NCBI GenBank assembly: GCA_964247055.1
Contig: OZ176056.1
Coordinates: 2,356,001 to 2,420,000, forward strand
Length of the DNA: 64,000 bases
Direction of reading: 5' to 3'
Origin: Paragordius varius
Lineage: Eukaryota; Animalia; Nematomorpha
Part shown: positions 36,500 through 51,600 of the stretch, in pieces
Layout of the letters: each line of letters starts with the position of its first letter
Numbering within the stretch: the stretch's first letter is position 1
Position numbers and translations under genes: made by a program
The notes under the pieces: generated by a model
The model's input: only the letters and a program-made list of their open reading frames with translations
What the model was told of the DNA's origin: nothing
Database searches by the model: none

Positions 36500-39083
36500 A
36501 ATATTTAATTATAAATATTCAGAAACGAACTGAAAGAAAGAACTGATTCAAAAATAGAAAAACAAGAAATTTAAACTCAAGTGATTAAAGCAATTTGGAT
36601 CCAAGTTTTTTTTATAACCAAATATACCGTACCCTTAGATTAAACTTAATTAAAACTGAACGGAACAAAAATCAATCCCTATCGTTTGCACACAAAAGTT
36701 AAGCCCCTAAACACAACCCTGTTACATATATATATATCTCAATAGCGCTTTTGTTTTTGGATCATAGCCAGTTAAGAAAGTTGTTGTTACCATTTTAGTA
36801 TTAACTACCACTGATCAGAAAATGACAAAATTTGCGCTTATTTCGCTAAAAACTTCATCCAAGAAATTTTAATATATCCATAAATAATTATTGTAACTTT
36901 ATTAATGCAGATCACTCAAATTCCAATATTTTTGGTAACGCTTCAGCTAAATACACCCAAAAAAGCCGTTGTGCTATAACAAGCTTTAATTAATGATAGA
37001 CCTAGATAGAGTATAACAAAAAATTCATTTAATATTTAAACCTTGGTATATTTAATATGTTGAATCCTAATTTTATAGTATTAATATTGAAACGGTGAAA
37101 AATTTGTTAAGATATGACAAAAACATTTTACACAATTCGGGGTTGCCGAAAATTTTTTTATATCAGAATTAGAACAAAATTTGATCTCCTTCAAATCAAT
37201 TTTTGTGAAAAACAAATATAATAAGTTAGATTCAAAGGTAAACAAATTTTTTCACCAAACGGTGATAAATTTTCAGCATCATCGAATATACCATTACAAT
37301 CATGCGATACAATGCGTACCATAAAATACGCTTTAACATTTGCCAAACCTTTAAGCAAAGTATTATTACAAAATTATTTTTTTTGATTTTATATTTTAGC
37401 CTATTTTTAAAGGATTACGGATCTCACTTCTTTCAGGGTGTATTTCAAAACCAACCCATACAAAAATTTGCGAATAATGCTTACATATTAAAATTTATTA
37501 TAAATTAATTTATATTTTATATATATTTTTAGAAAATTTGCAATGAACTATCAAAAAATTCCATGTAATATATGGGCTGATTTTTGGATTTTTCGATATG
37601 GGGCAGTAACCATAAAGGATATATATTTTTATATGCCTCCAAAGGCCTAAAACTGAAGCCCATAAATATCCTAATACTTTCATCTATCAGAAAATATATA
37701 TTTTATCAGGATTACATTTTAACCCCTCTAATTTCTGTATTCTTAAGCACAATATAATTAGTTTGTCAGAGATTATTAGTTGACATCCCCATAATTTTAG
37801 CATGTATATATTCAAAAAAGTTAATTTGTTATTAATTTTATACTTTAATTTATACTATAGTATATATTTATTGATATTATTGTTTAAATTAGGATAATAA
37901 TAAGCTAATATCTTTGGGTGATAAATTATATTTTTTTAATAATTTAAGGATTCGCATGTATCTTTTTCGTTGACATTTCGGTTTTCGGCATTTTTTCTTT
38001 CGCCTCCTTTTTTTCTGATGGGTTCGAAAACGGTTCAATGATGATCTATCTCTTTTAATTTCATTCTAAATAAAACACATATAATAAATTATTATATTAA
38101 AATTTTAAAAATGCATATTGTTTAATGGGTTTATTATTTGAAGTAGCTTAGGCGTTTTGTATTTACTATATGACGCAAAGAAATTTTTATGATGTTAGGG
38201 TAAATAATGAAATTATACTAACAAAACGTAAAAACATAAAAAACAAATATTTTTTTCAAAAGACTCGCCTTTTAAACATTATTTTTCTATATAAGCTATT
38301 TAATTACACTGTAAAATATATAATTTATTGTCTTACCAATTTAGATCTACTATGTTTCATACTTTGTAGTTTTGAACAATGAGTTTTGTATTGAAAAAAA
38401 ATATAAAAAATTACAACGGTTTTTTGATATTTTTTGTATGTTTTACGTTTTGTCCGTATATTTTAATGCGGCGTTTATAAAAAAACCTTTAACTATGATT
38501 TTTGCCTTTCTAGATTTTATAAAACTAATGAATATATATGGTTTCGTGGGTTTTCCGAATTGGCTAGCTAATTTAATAATGTGGCATTACGAAAGGTTGT
38601 GGCTTATGTAAGATCTAAGATTTTTGCCTTAATAGTATATTAAAAAATATTAAATTTTTTGGAAAGTTATTGAAAGCGCAGTGCTTAAGTAAAATTTTAA
38701 TTTTTACCCGGGCGTAGAATCACTATTGATTTTAAAATATATAACTTGTGTACAATTTGCTTCTATAGACTTATCATTTGAAGAAGGGCTAAATTATAAA
38801 CAATTGGCCTGACTTGTTTGGCAGTATATAAAAAAACTCATTATTAACTCTAACTGGGCGGACATTTTTCCGGGAATATTGTCTTTTTAAAGATACTCCT
38901 ATTTTTTAGGAAAAAGCTTAGCTTTAATTTTATAGTCTTAATTTAGGCTAAATTAAAAAAATGACTCGTTCTTAGTGAAAATATAAAAACTAAATTTTTT
39001 TCTTTTTTTAAACTTGAATTTATCTCCAAGTGTTTTTAAATTGTTAGATCTACTAAATTTCTATTAATATATCTAGATAAATA

Positions 39084-39355
39084 CAGTAAAAACTGAAATT
39101 AAAACGTAAAATATAAAGACAAATATATTTTCAATGGGACAACCATACTTTTTGAATCTTGATTTTTTTAAATATAACTCATATGTTTAAACTGCAAATT
39201 CGAAATTGTGAAACAATCAATTATAATATATTTTACCATTGTAGTTATATAATTTATATAAGAAAAATTAAGGTTTAAAAAGTATGGTTACCTTTTGAAA
39301 AAAATATTTATCTTTATATTTTTACGTTTTGTCCGTATAATTTCAATTTTTACTG
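39084..39355. mobile_element. MITE family B (TA target; TIR CAGTAAAAATTGAAATTATACGGACAAAACGTAAAA), representative copy
   Basis: TA|CAGTAAAAACTG...CAATTTTTACTG|TA. Related full or partial copies lie near 9100-9356, 38200-38460, 43432-43738, 44420-44690, 45870-46437, 48170-48441, 50354-50600, 53570-53855, 60781-61240 and 61427-61650. Confidence 0.9.
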
Positions 39356-39633
39356 TAAATAGTTATAATATATAATATTTTCCAATATGGAGAATAAATC
39401 ATAAGGGTTACGTGATTTATTCATTATATTTTCTAAACACATAAAAAAATAAAACATTGAGTTTTAGTTTAAACATCAAATAAAAACGAAATTTTGTAAG
39501 AAAATTAAAAAAAGAATAAAATTTTATATAAATAAATAAAATTTGAAAACAATATTGTGTTAAAAAATTAATTAAAAAAATACTGAATTTTTTTGCAAAT
39601 AATATTTAAAGACAAAATTTTATATAAAATTTT

Positions 39634-42600
39634 TTAGCATACCCGACAAATATTTTGGGCTTTTTGTGGATATTTTCTTTTTCTTTCGACATTCATGACA
39701 TTCAAAAGTCCCCATCTTCTAAAGCGTTTAAAATTTCATTAAATTTTTTTATAACCAGTTTTTAATGACCAATAAATTTTATAAATGGAAAAAATTAAAA
39801 TTTTACACTACAAACACATCGATAACAGGAACCAAGTATGTTCCGCTCTTCTTTATGTCCTGGGTCACAATTTTTATCTACAATAAAAAGTGGGAAATAA
39901 ATATTTATAAATTTAAAAAAAAATTGAATCTTTTCTGATTAATTAAGATTTTTGTTTAAATTTCCGGGAAAATATACACACAAAAAGTAAAAGATGATAA
40001 AACAAATAATATATATTTTAATTAATTTATTATAGAGATTTTATTAAAAAATGTTTTTTAACTGATTTTATAGAATTTTTGTGAAGTTTAAAAAATTAAC
40101 CAAAGTAAAATTTAAAAATTTACTTTGAGAATTTGCTAATATGCCATCTTTTTGCAACATTGTTTCAGGTTGGTTATTAAAACTTTTACGGGAAATTGCA
40201 GGAAAAGAAAATGTATCTTGAAACCGTTGATTAACAGTTGGAAAATGATTGGCATCAAAGGAATTGTCAACCAAATTGTAATCTGACACGGAATTTATGT
40301 CACCTAAAAAATTTTTTTTATAAAAAAAATAATAAATTATTTTAAATTAAAAATAAGAAAAATTAAAAAAAAATATAATGAAAATATATTTTATGGCTTT
40401 CTGAAACATTAAAAAATCCGGTTACTTTTGAATTCAATTATTTTTTCATACAACTCACAATAAGAAATTACATAAAAGCGAAATAAAAATTAATAATTGT
40501 CATTAAGTATTAATTTAATTTAGAAACTAAATAAAAATTTAGCAAGAATTTTACCATTATTTATTACTTTAAAGTTTCATACCAAAATAAGATATCTATA
40601 TAAAATTTCCTGGTTATTTTCATATAAAATTTCCTAGTTTTAGAGATTTTGAACTAATTTTTATTTTGTTAAAAAAACATTTTTTATTTGAATATTTTTC
40701 TTTACCTTTACAAATTTTACAACAAGCTCCTGGTAGGTATATAACACTATTTAGTGGGCAACTCAGGGGTGGACATGGGTTTCGATCACATTTTATGTTT
40801 AATCGATTCTGTAGTAATAATATTTCATATTGATTTTTTTGAAAAAAATGAGTTAGATTTAAATATAAAATATGGATTTTTTATTAAAATAACATATAAG
40901 TTTGTCCTACAATTTTAATGCTCTTTTTTTAAAAAATAAAAATTGATTGATTATTTGGGTTCGTTAGATCTTTAAAGTTTAATATCACATAAATAAAAAG
41001 GTAAATAGTTTAGTAGATACATACATAATACAGAATTTTACTTAAATTATTTCAAATCTAATAAAAAAAATTAGCCAAAATACTTATTATTAGTTTTTAG
41101 GCAAAAAACTTTCATCTTTAAATTTTGGTTTCTTACACCTATTGCTTGATAGTAACTATGACTTTTAATTGCAAAGGTAGGCTAATAATTATAATTTCCA
41201 TATTATGTCGTTATTAAATATATAGATGGCGTTTTCTGCATCTTTTATTTTGTAAAATTAAAAAAAAATTCGAAAAAATAGAACTTTTTCATACATCACA
41301 AAAACAGGTGACACATTTATCGACACCAAAAGGGGGTATTTGAGGGTTCCATCTCGTATTTCTAGCATATTCTTTAGTGCCGAATATACAGGAACTCCTT
41401 CTTAAAAATTTTGCTGATAAATTTTGACTTGTAATTTCCTTTTTAGCGGCATTTTTATTGATTGCCAGATTAGAAAAATTAGTAGTTTTTTCCACAAGAA
41501 TTTTATTATTAATTTCATTTATATTTGTACAACAACGTTTTCTGAATTCTTGGGTTAAAACAATTGTTGATTTTTCACATTCCATTTCAGGATACATGCA
41601 ATATAGTTCACCATTCTAAATAATATTATATATTAGAGTAAAAATTCATGCATATTCATGGGTACAAAATTAAAAACATATAAATATATTTTTTTTCAAA
41701 AAACCGTTATACTTTTTAAACCTAAACTGTGCACTTATTTTCTTTTGTTTGAAACGAAAAATCTTATTATAGTAAAAACCTAAAGACAAATATTTTCATT
41801 TTAAATGCGGCGACACTTTTTAAAACTTCTCCATTTTTTAAACATAACTCCTTTTTTTAGACTGCAAACTATGAAATAAAAAATGATTGGTAACACAATC
41901 AATTATATAATAAAATAATTTATAGTCGATAGATAAAATTATGGTATAAAATGAATGATTGATTGTTTTTATGATACAGATATTTATGTTAATTTAGTCG
42001 TTTCGTCTGCATAATTTCATATTATATAACTATATATATACATTATGAATAAGTATACATTGCTAGAAAGTTATTAATTATTGCCAAAAAACATATACAA
42101 CAAAGGGCAGGCTATTATTGGCTAATAATAGTAAAAAGTAAAAAAAATTACTATAAGCCAATTATACCGCCCTTTGTAGTATTTACTATTTGGCAATAAT
42201 TAATAACTTATAATGTATACTTCATACTGTACGTTATTTAAAATGAAATATTTTGATAAAATACCTGACACCGGCATTTCCGACAATTGGAAACATAAAA
42301 TATCCAATCAGTATTGGGTGAAACTGTAGAATTTTGTGTTGAATGGTCGTTGCAACTTAGAAATGAATCTTGAGAAGTAACTTCATTATATTTTGTTTTA
42401 TTGGCAGAAGCTTTCATCATTACTAAAGTTAAAACATTATCATTATTTTCAGTTTTTTCCCTATCAGTACCTTTTAAAGATTTTTTGAGGTGTTCTTTAG
42501 GATTTAAAACAATTTTGGGAAATATATTTGCGGGTTCAATAGGTAATTTTGTGTGGGGTAGGGTTAACTTAAAATTACAAAAAAAATAAATTTAGAATAG

Positions 42601-45600
42601 TAAAATAATGATTGTAGAGAGATGTTCCCATTAATTTTATGTTTTAAAATGTTAAAATAACTCTTATTTTGTAAAATTATTAAAAAATTTAAAATTAATT
42701 TTTTATCCAAAATAATTCTGCTAATCAGTAAATAAATAGTTGTAATAAATGTTAATTTGGATGGTTATAATTGTAACTAATTTTTGCTTTTTCAAAAATG
42801 TCTAACTTTTTGTGCTTTAAGGGTGGGTTAAAAAATTAAAAATCATTAAAATAAAGAATAAAACTTTTTTCTCTTAAATCCAAATAAACTGCAAAAATAT
42901 TCTAGAATTGGTAAAAATATGTTTGTCATTCAAAATTTAATTCAAAAAATGTGCAGAAAATTAGTAATCTCACCTGAGTTTTAATATATTCCACATGTGG
43001 ATTTGTCGTATATGATCGAATTATAAAATTCAATTGTTCCTTTTTTCTGGAATCAAGGGTGCACCAATCGGAATCCAATATTATTTGGTTTGACATCTTT
43101 TTTTTAAAAAATTTTTTTTTGAAAAAAAAAATAAAATTCCAAAATTATTAATAAAAGTTATAAAAATTATACTTTTGTAGATAATTGAATTTCGGTATTT
43201 ATTTCATTATTATTCTTTGTGGTATTATGGCATTGGGTTGTTTTCTGTAAGACAATTTGATAAGGAATTTCAATCGATTTATCTAAAAAATATCCGGGGT
43301 TAGAAAACTAAATTTTATGTAAAAAACCAAATTATATTTTTTTCTTAAATTTTTTTTAAAAAATAACCTTTGTTATTCCAGTTTAGAGCATTTTCATACG
43401 AATTTGTTGATTGAACTACGAGCTTTATATACAGTAATTATTAAACTTATAGTTGCAGACAAGGGGTAAAAAATAAAAGACAAAAATATTTTTTTGCAAT
43501 TGACAACCATACTTTTTATAAAACTTGTTTTTTTCCATACAAACTAATAATTACCATTGTAATATATATGATTGATTGTGTTTTACCAATTTACATCTTA
43601 TTTCATACTTTGCAGTTTTAAAATAATGAGTTATAATAAAAAATCAAGTGTTAAAAAATATGGTTGTCTTTTAAGAAAAAATATATTTTGCCTTATTATT
43701 TTTTACATATTTTGACTGTATAATTTCAATTTTTACTGTATATGTTAGTGTGCAGACCCATGGTGATTTTTTATTTTCCTCAGCAAATGGTTTGTTGAAA
43801 TCATTAGTTATCCAAATAAGTCCATTAACCATATTATTTATATTATTAGAATATTTTATTTCTTTATTGTTTTTATCTTTTTCTTTCGAAATTTTGTAAA
43901 AATCTTCAGAATCCCCATGAAATGCTTGTGGAGATTGAGTTAAAATGGTAGGAGAATCTAAAAAGTTGCATAAAAAATCTTGTAAAAATGTAAAAAAATG
44001 TAAAAACCAAATTTCCAATTATCAAAAATGTTTTCTAGAATGAATAAGTTTTTTAGATAATCGATATAATTTTAACAAGTGAAATGAACATTTAATATAA
44101 ATATGTAACATCTGAAAAGGTATTTTATTTAATTTATATTTTCTCAGTGTATAGAATATTATTGCAATTTCTATATTTTAATTTTTTTCAATTTTTTATT
44201 TTTTTGCGGGCAGCGTGTTGTACACCCCTGTTTTATCTTTAATAGCGAAATTTAAATCATATTATACTTGAGAATGGATTTTTCACAAAAGCTATTTCTT
44301 GAAGTTGGCCCTCCAAAACAGTGGAACCAAATCCATTATCAGCTGTTATATAGAATTCTTTATGGATTAACATGTGAAGGATTGTCATTGAATTTATGTA
44401 GACTGAACCCTATTACATGAAAAAAGTAAAAAAATTGAAATTTTCGGGACAAAATGTTAAAATTTAAAGACAGATATTTTTTTGTTTAAATACAACAACC
44501 ATAATTTTTGAATCCTTTATTTATTTGATAGAATTATCTACTTACAATTTGAAATTATATGATTATAATCAATTTACATTTCTAATCCTGGTTTCGAAAG
44601 CCAAAAGATGAGTTATATTTAAATAATTTTGTCTTTTTAAAATTATGATTGCCTTTTTAAATATTTGTTTTTTTTTCATTTTTTACTGTTCAATTGGATA
44701 AATAATTTAAACATTTTTATCGAATTAAATTAAAAACTATTAATTTTTACCGTATTCTCTTGGGTATCAAATTCATTTTTTGGGTAAACGTAATCCATTT
44801 CTATAATAATTCTGCGTTTTCTTGTTTCTTTTTTTAAAGCTGCATATTTGCTAGAAGAAGTTTGTTCATAATCAGTGCCATCATCCCCTGCTTTGGGCCT
44901 CCTAAAATTATTTTTTGACGGCAATTTATGTTGCCTTTGTAAAAAAGTTTGTTTAATTTTTTCGGATTGGTCCTTATTACGTTTTTGTCGTGTTGGTTCA
45001 GCTAAATTTAACAGGGGTCGAATACGGATTTGAGTTATTTTGTTAAGAGGTGACATGGCATTTTCCCCATTAATACGCATCTAAAATATATTTTTGACGG
45101 TTAAAAGATATTAAGTTTTTATAAAACATATTTTATTAAAAAAAAGCTCGTTCTTTTAAGATATCAGGGATTAAAACCGATACGATTCCCCCCTAAGTCA
45201 AATGTATGCCTGTATTGTCCACTTGATTTTTTAGAAATAAAAAAAACGGTTGCAAACGAAACAATATCAGTTGTCAAGAATTTTTCTGCCAAAATATTGA
45301 TTCCGATTTCGTTATAATATAAAAGAATTTCGCAAATTTTTTAATAAAATTTATTATAATCCAAATATTTCGACTATTAATGAATAACGGCAAAATTCTT
45401 TGCACGCAATTTTTAAAAATGTCTAGCATAATATTATATCTTTCTTTTTAATCAAAATAAAATGAAACTATAATTAAAATAAAATTTTATAGAAATTTAA
45501 AGATTACTCCTTTGAAACCGTTTTTAAACCGTAGCTTCGTTTTCAAAACGAATATTTTTTTGATTTCTGAATTATATAACTATCATTTTTTAAAAAGGAT

Positions 45601-48600
45601 AATTTTCTATTAATTTTTTACATATCTTGCAGAGAAAATAGCAAAAAAATAAATTTAAAATCATTTTAATTGTACAAACTTTATAGTTGAGTTTTCCATT
45701 TTCCTCCAATTGTAAGAGTAAATAACCGACAGAAACGGGTTTAAGGTTTTTTCTACCCTTTTCGTATTTTTCAGCATTTGGAATTGGTGTCAAACATGCA
45801 TAAGTAGCTTTAATCAATAAAAAATATGTTTTTATTAAAATCAAAAATAAAAATATTTTTAAATATTGCTACAGTAAAAATTGGATACCAATATATATTA
45901 TTATTTCCTACTTTGCAATTTAAAACAATAAGCATAAAAAATAAAGTATAAAATACAGCAGTGTAGACAATTGTCTTTACGTTTTTACGTTTGTCTGTAT
46001 ATATAGATACCATTTAAGTTCAAATTCACCCTTAAACAATTCAAATTCACCCTTGAACAATTCAAATTTACCCTTGAACAATTCAAATTCACCTTCGAAT
46101 AATTCAAATTCACCTTCGAACAATTCAAATTCACCCTAAAATAAATTATGTGTTTTTTAAGATTATATATTACCTATATTTTTTATATTTATAAAAAAAG
46201 AAATTTTGTATGTAATCAAAATAATACTGAAACAATAATTACTTTTCCCATAAAAATATATTTAATTTTAATGATGAGTTATGTTAGACCGAAGTTTCAT
46301 AATTTATTTTTAGGGTGAATTTGAATTGTTCGAGGGTGAATGTGAATTCTTCAAGGGTGAATTGTTTAAGGGTGAATTTAAATTGTTTAAGGGTGAATTT
46401 GAACTGTAAATGGTATACATTTCAATTTTTACTGTAATGTAAAAACTAAAAAACAACCACAAATTTTTTTAAATATTTACGTAAAAATACCTAGACATGT
46501 GGTTTTAGGTGCAATAGTTCCAATTAAAGAAATTTTATTAGAGTCTTGATTTGGTCCACCATCAATTTCTATGATAACTTTTACATTTCCATCTATAATG
46601 AGATTCATTGTAGGTCTAGGTATCGAAGACCAGCTGCTAGCAAATTCTCCGCTCTAGAAAATTAGTTTGTATGCAAAAATCATAAAATATTTGAGTAAAT
46701 TAAATGGGAATTTTTAATGCCAAATTGTTTAAAAAGCACAAACATTTGTTAATATGGGTAAAAAGAAATAGAAATCAATCTTTTTGATAAGATTAACCAT
46801 TTAGAGAGTAATTTTAGAATTTTTAATAATTTTGATAAACGATCTCAATCTAGCGGTAAAAGATAGAAGAAAATGGAAAGAAACTATATCCAAAAAGTCG
46901 TTTACGACTTAGGAATAACCAAACAACCAACCAGATGAAAACATTTTTTATTATGAGAAAAAAAACGGAAAAAATCTAAAAATTTAATTAAAACAAAAAT
47001 TATAAAAATATTAAATCGATAAATAATACCTGCATATCGATATAGCCATTCAAATGTTTGAAGGGGATGATCGGCATATCAGCCATAAAACTTTTGTGCC
47101 AAACAAATTTTATGGTGATTTTTCGAAATTCCTTTTGAGCACTATCTGTGTAATCTAGGTTTTTTTATTTTTTTAAAAAAATATTTTTATGGATTAAATA
47201 AAATAGAACAATATTAATATTAATACTTATCAAAAATTTTAGTCTTCATTCGTTAAAAACCGTTGTACTAAAACGGAGTAGCTATTTCGATTTTCATGGT
47301 TATTAAACTGTTGTTTTTACTTTAACGAAATGGTTCCGGTTCTAATCTCAAATTTTTCTAAATTCAAATAATTTTTTAAGCTTTTTACACGCAAACGGTA
47401 TTAAAACAATTAATAGAACGGTGCTTCATTATTATATGTCATAATTTATGTTTATCAGGACATTTTATAGAAAAAATTGTTTTTATAAAAATATTTTACC
47501 TGTCATTTGTTGATCAGCCGTTGATATGACGCCTTTATCGGCCTTGAGTACAACTATAAAATCTAAGGTATCATGATCGTAAAATCCTTTGGTTAAAACA
47601 ACGAGCCCTCTATATTTTGAAGACGCATCAGCTGATATAGGACCAACTGATTGTTTGCTAATATCTCTCCATGGTAATAATATGGCTGAAAAAGTTTCTA
47701 TAAAGTTTATAAAAAATCGAATTTAAGCACCAAATAAAAATTCAAAAACAATCAAATCTAGGATGAAATATAATAAAAATATAGTATTTTTTTATTTCAC
47801 TCATTTTAAAATCACCAAGTATTTAAAGTCGAAACAACTTTTTTGCGCATAATCATAGATATATATTCTCTATTCCAGAGTGACCAACACAAATGTCCTT
47901 GCGGGCCGCATTTAAAAAAATATGTGATTAGTTAATATTTGATTAGAGATCACTAGATGGTTGTCAAAAGAAAAAGACTTATTAACTATTTTTAAAAAGG
48001 TTTACCAAGATTTATTTTATAAATAGCATATTTTAACTAATCATAAAATTTTCTATTTATTTGGAATTTTCCAAATTTTTACTGGGCGCACAAATAATCT
48101 CGAAAGGTCGCATTTGCCCTCGGGCGGCGAGTTGAACATCCCTGTTCTATTCAGTCTCTTTTACATTGAAAATTGGAATTATACGGACAAAATGTAAAAA
48201 TATAAAGAAAAATATTTTTTTCTAAAAGAAAACTATACTTTTTTAAACTCTATTTTTTAAAATATAACTCATTGTCTCAAATTGCAATTTACAAGACTGA
48301 TATGTAACTGGTGATTGACACAATTAATTCTATATATATAATAATTGCTATTAAATAGTTTATAAGGTTTGAAAAAGCATGATTGCCTTTTAGAAAAAAT
48401 ATTTGTCTTTATATGTCCGTATGATTTCAGTTTTTACCGTAAACCAGCTGACCGCTCTCCCATATTCATTGAGATACAATACTAAATCCCCTTTTTTAGT
48501 AGTCACACTTTAGAACTCTATATATTTATATGAAAATTTATACCTGTATCCAAAAATCGATGATTTTCAATAGTTCCTATCATTTTTCCGCGTTGAATTA

Positions 48601-51600
48601 CTGTTGTTTCAATGTTTGTGTTGTCTTTACCAGATCGACTTCTTACCGCTTTTCGATAAGTTATGCCAAAATTTATAAGGCGCATATCGATTTCAGATTT
48701 GGAACCAATGGAATTGGTATAATTAAACACATAAGTACAGATCTAAGTTTACATATCAATAAATATACCAATTACAAAATAGTTTATATATGATATAGGT
48801 ATAAAAACAAAAATATTTATTAATAGCCACGCACATATAATCGGCTTGAAAATAAATCCCCTTTTGAGGATTCGAAACTAGTCGCTGAGATTGCACTATA
48901 TTAACATTCGATATTAGAAAGATTTATATTATTTTATACCATTTACTTTTCGAATTCACCCTTAATAAGCTCACAATCGATAATTTTAAATTTATCTTTT
49001 AAACAAAATATGTGTTGGGCTAATTTTGCTTATTATTAACACGTAATTTTTCATGGCATAATTTATCATTTTTCTGTATTATGCTATAATATCAAAAATT
49101 TAGGTAATTTTTTATTTCCAAAAAACAAACTTTAATTTTTGAAAGAATTGAAACATGTTTAAGGGTCATTTAAAATTGCTCAATGGTGATTATGAAATCT
49201 TTAAGGGCAATTTTGAACTGTTAAGTAAATTTGAGGGATGGTATATATAAAATATTTGAATAAAACAATCAAAACAAATTTTTAAAAACAAGAAAACTTG
49301 AATATTTGCGTGTTCTCCATTAAATGTTTTTCTGACTTCAGAATCTGCACCCTCGATCGATTTAACAAAAACGGATTTACTTTTTAGCTGCCCCAATAAA
49401 TTTGGCGGTACATGCGAGATTGACTTTTCAAACGTTATGCTTTGGACAGAATCAATGCTTAAATAGACATAAAACTTATATAAATTTTTAGTTATTTTTT
49501 TAGGATTAAGTTTTTAAAATAACCGCTTTGACCGCTTATGAAATTCTTTGATGCCACAATTATAAGTTATAACTAACGCGAAAATGTATTTAATGATAGA
49601 TAAAATTTAAAAATTTGGTTGAATTTTTTACAATAAATTCGAGATAAATTAATTTTAATTGGATGAACATATGAAGTTTAAAAGTAAGGAAACTTTAAAA
49701 AGTTTTATTCAAATTATAAATAAACCTATTCATTATTTAAGGGTTCCTTAAACTGAGTTGTTTAAAAAAGTGTTTTATACACTCGTTAATGGATATATAG
49801 ATACAACTTTTTAAAATTGAAAAAACAAATAAATGGGTAAATATAAGCCTAATATTTACCCGATAGTTTTTAGGGTTATAAACATAAAATCATCTTCTAA
49901 ATATATATAGGCTCTGGCTGAAACTTTGTGCAAATAAGCTTGGCCATTCTCGGTGTTTTCAGAATTAATCCATTCAGGCATCAGAATACTGAAATATTCT
50001 ATTTAAAATTTTATTATTAAACATATTTTGTTTTAGGGGAAATATTTTTTAAAAAATATATATTTTTGGGTTATTAGAACTGCTATGTTTATAAAAAAAC
50101 CCTGCTACTACTGTGGTTATTTATTTAAATACTAAATTAGTAGAAAATTATGAGAGACTATAGTAAAACATTTTTTGCACTTAAACGCAAATTTAATTTC
50201 CATCAGACTTAAAATCAGAGTCGGCTTTTGTCACCGGATTTTGCCTTAAAATTGTTTTCATCAATGATAAAAAAATTTTTTCAAACCCTTTTAATAAAAT
50301 CTATGAAACGTTTTTGGAAGCTATTTCAGCGATAGAAATTACTGGAACCGTTTTACAGTAAAAAGGAATTTTATACGGACAATATTTTTTCCAAAAGACT
50401 GATATACTTTAATAAGCGTATTTATTTAATATAACTCATTTTTGAGTTAAGTAGATATGTAATTTGGTATAACACAATAGATAATGTATTTAACAATTGT
50501 AATTAAATAATTTTTGGAAGAAAAATTAAGGCTTAGTATGGTTGTTTTTTGAAAAAAAATATTTGTCCTTATTTTACGTTATAGTATCAATTTTGCTGTA
50601 AATCTAATCAAAAACCGGTATACCGACCCTTTCAAAAAAGATTAAATTTTTAATAATCATTTATGCTTTTTGTGGTTTTTTATGTTAAACTGAATATATT
50701 GTATCCGCCCGTTCGATATGGATAGTTTAAAAATATTTGATGTATAAGACAGGTAATTTAAAATTATAAATCCTGCAAAAATAATGTTAAATTTTTAAAT
50801 AAGGGGGAATAATTTATATGCAAAAATCAAAATATTTTATATTAATAAAAATTTGTACCTGAAATTTTTGATATTCCATTAGCTTGAGTCGGATCGCTAT
50901 TAATATCATTGTCATGAACTATAAGAAGATTTAATTAATAAAAAATGGAAATAATTAATTTATTTTGTTTAAAAAAAATTATTTAAAAAAGTATTTATAG
51001 TTTTAATAAACGGTGAAAAACGGTTTAATTAAATACTGTAAATATGGTTGTGCTTCTCTCTAGAATTATGAATCGTGTCAACTAAATTTTATTTTAACAT
51101 ATATCATGAGAATTATACTCGATATCATAAATATTAAAAAATTTAAATTTTTTTGAGGCTTATAATAATTACTGACCCAATTGGCGCGAAAATTAAAGGG
51201 ATAAAATATGCAATTAAAACTTAAATTAATTTTTATAATGATGGTATAATTGAATACGTATCAAAAAGCAATTTAATGAAACATTTTTGGATAATTTGCA
51301 TGGGGAGCTTAGTGTTTATATAATTAGTACCTAATCGATCAAATATTACTTTAAAAAGTTATTATACTCATAGCATTAAATTATATTTCACACTAATAAA
51401 ATTTGTTGATCACGGTTTACAATAAAATTCTTTTTAATAACCTTAATTCATAGTTTTTTTAAAAAAATTTTTAAAATTTTATTCCAAAATTATAATTTGG
51501 GAATTTATAAAAGTTCAATTTGTAATAAATCCTTTTATCACAAAATCGTAATTTTTAATGGTTCCATTTGTGGCGAAATGCTTTTGTTTCAAATAAATCA

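Noticed and set aside
48518-48730. RLINFG...GT resembling a kinase DFG/activation segment
   Set aside because: The exon splices in phase into the chordin CHRD region and no other kinase motifs are nearby.
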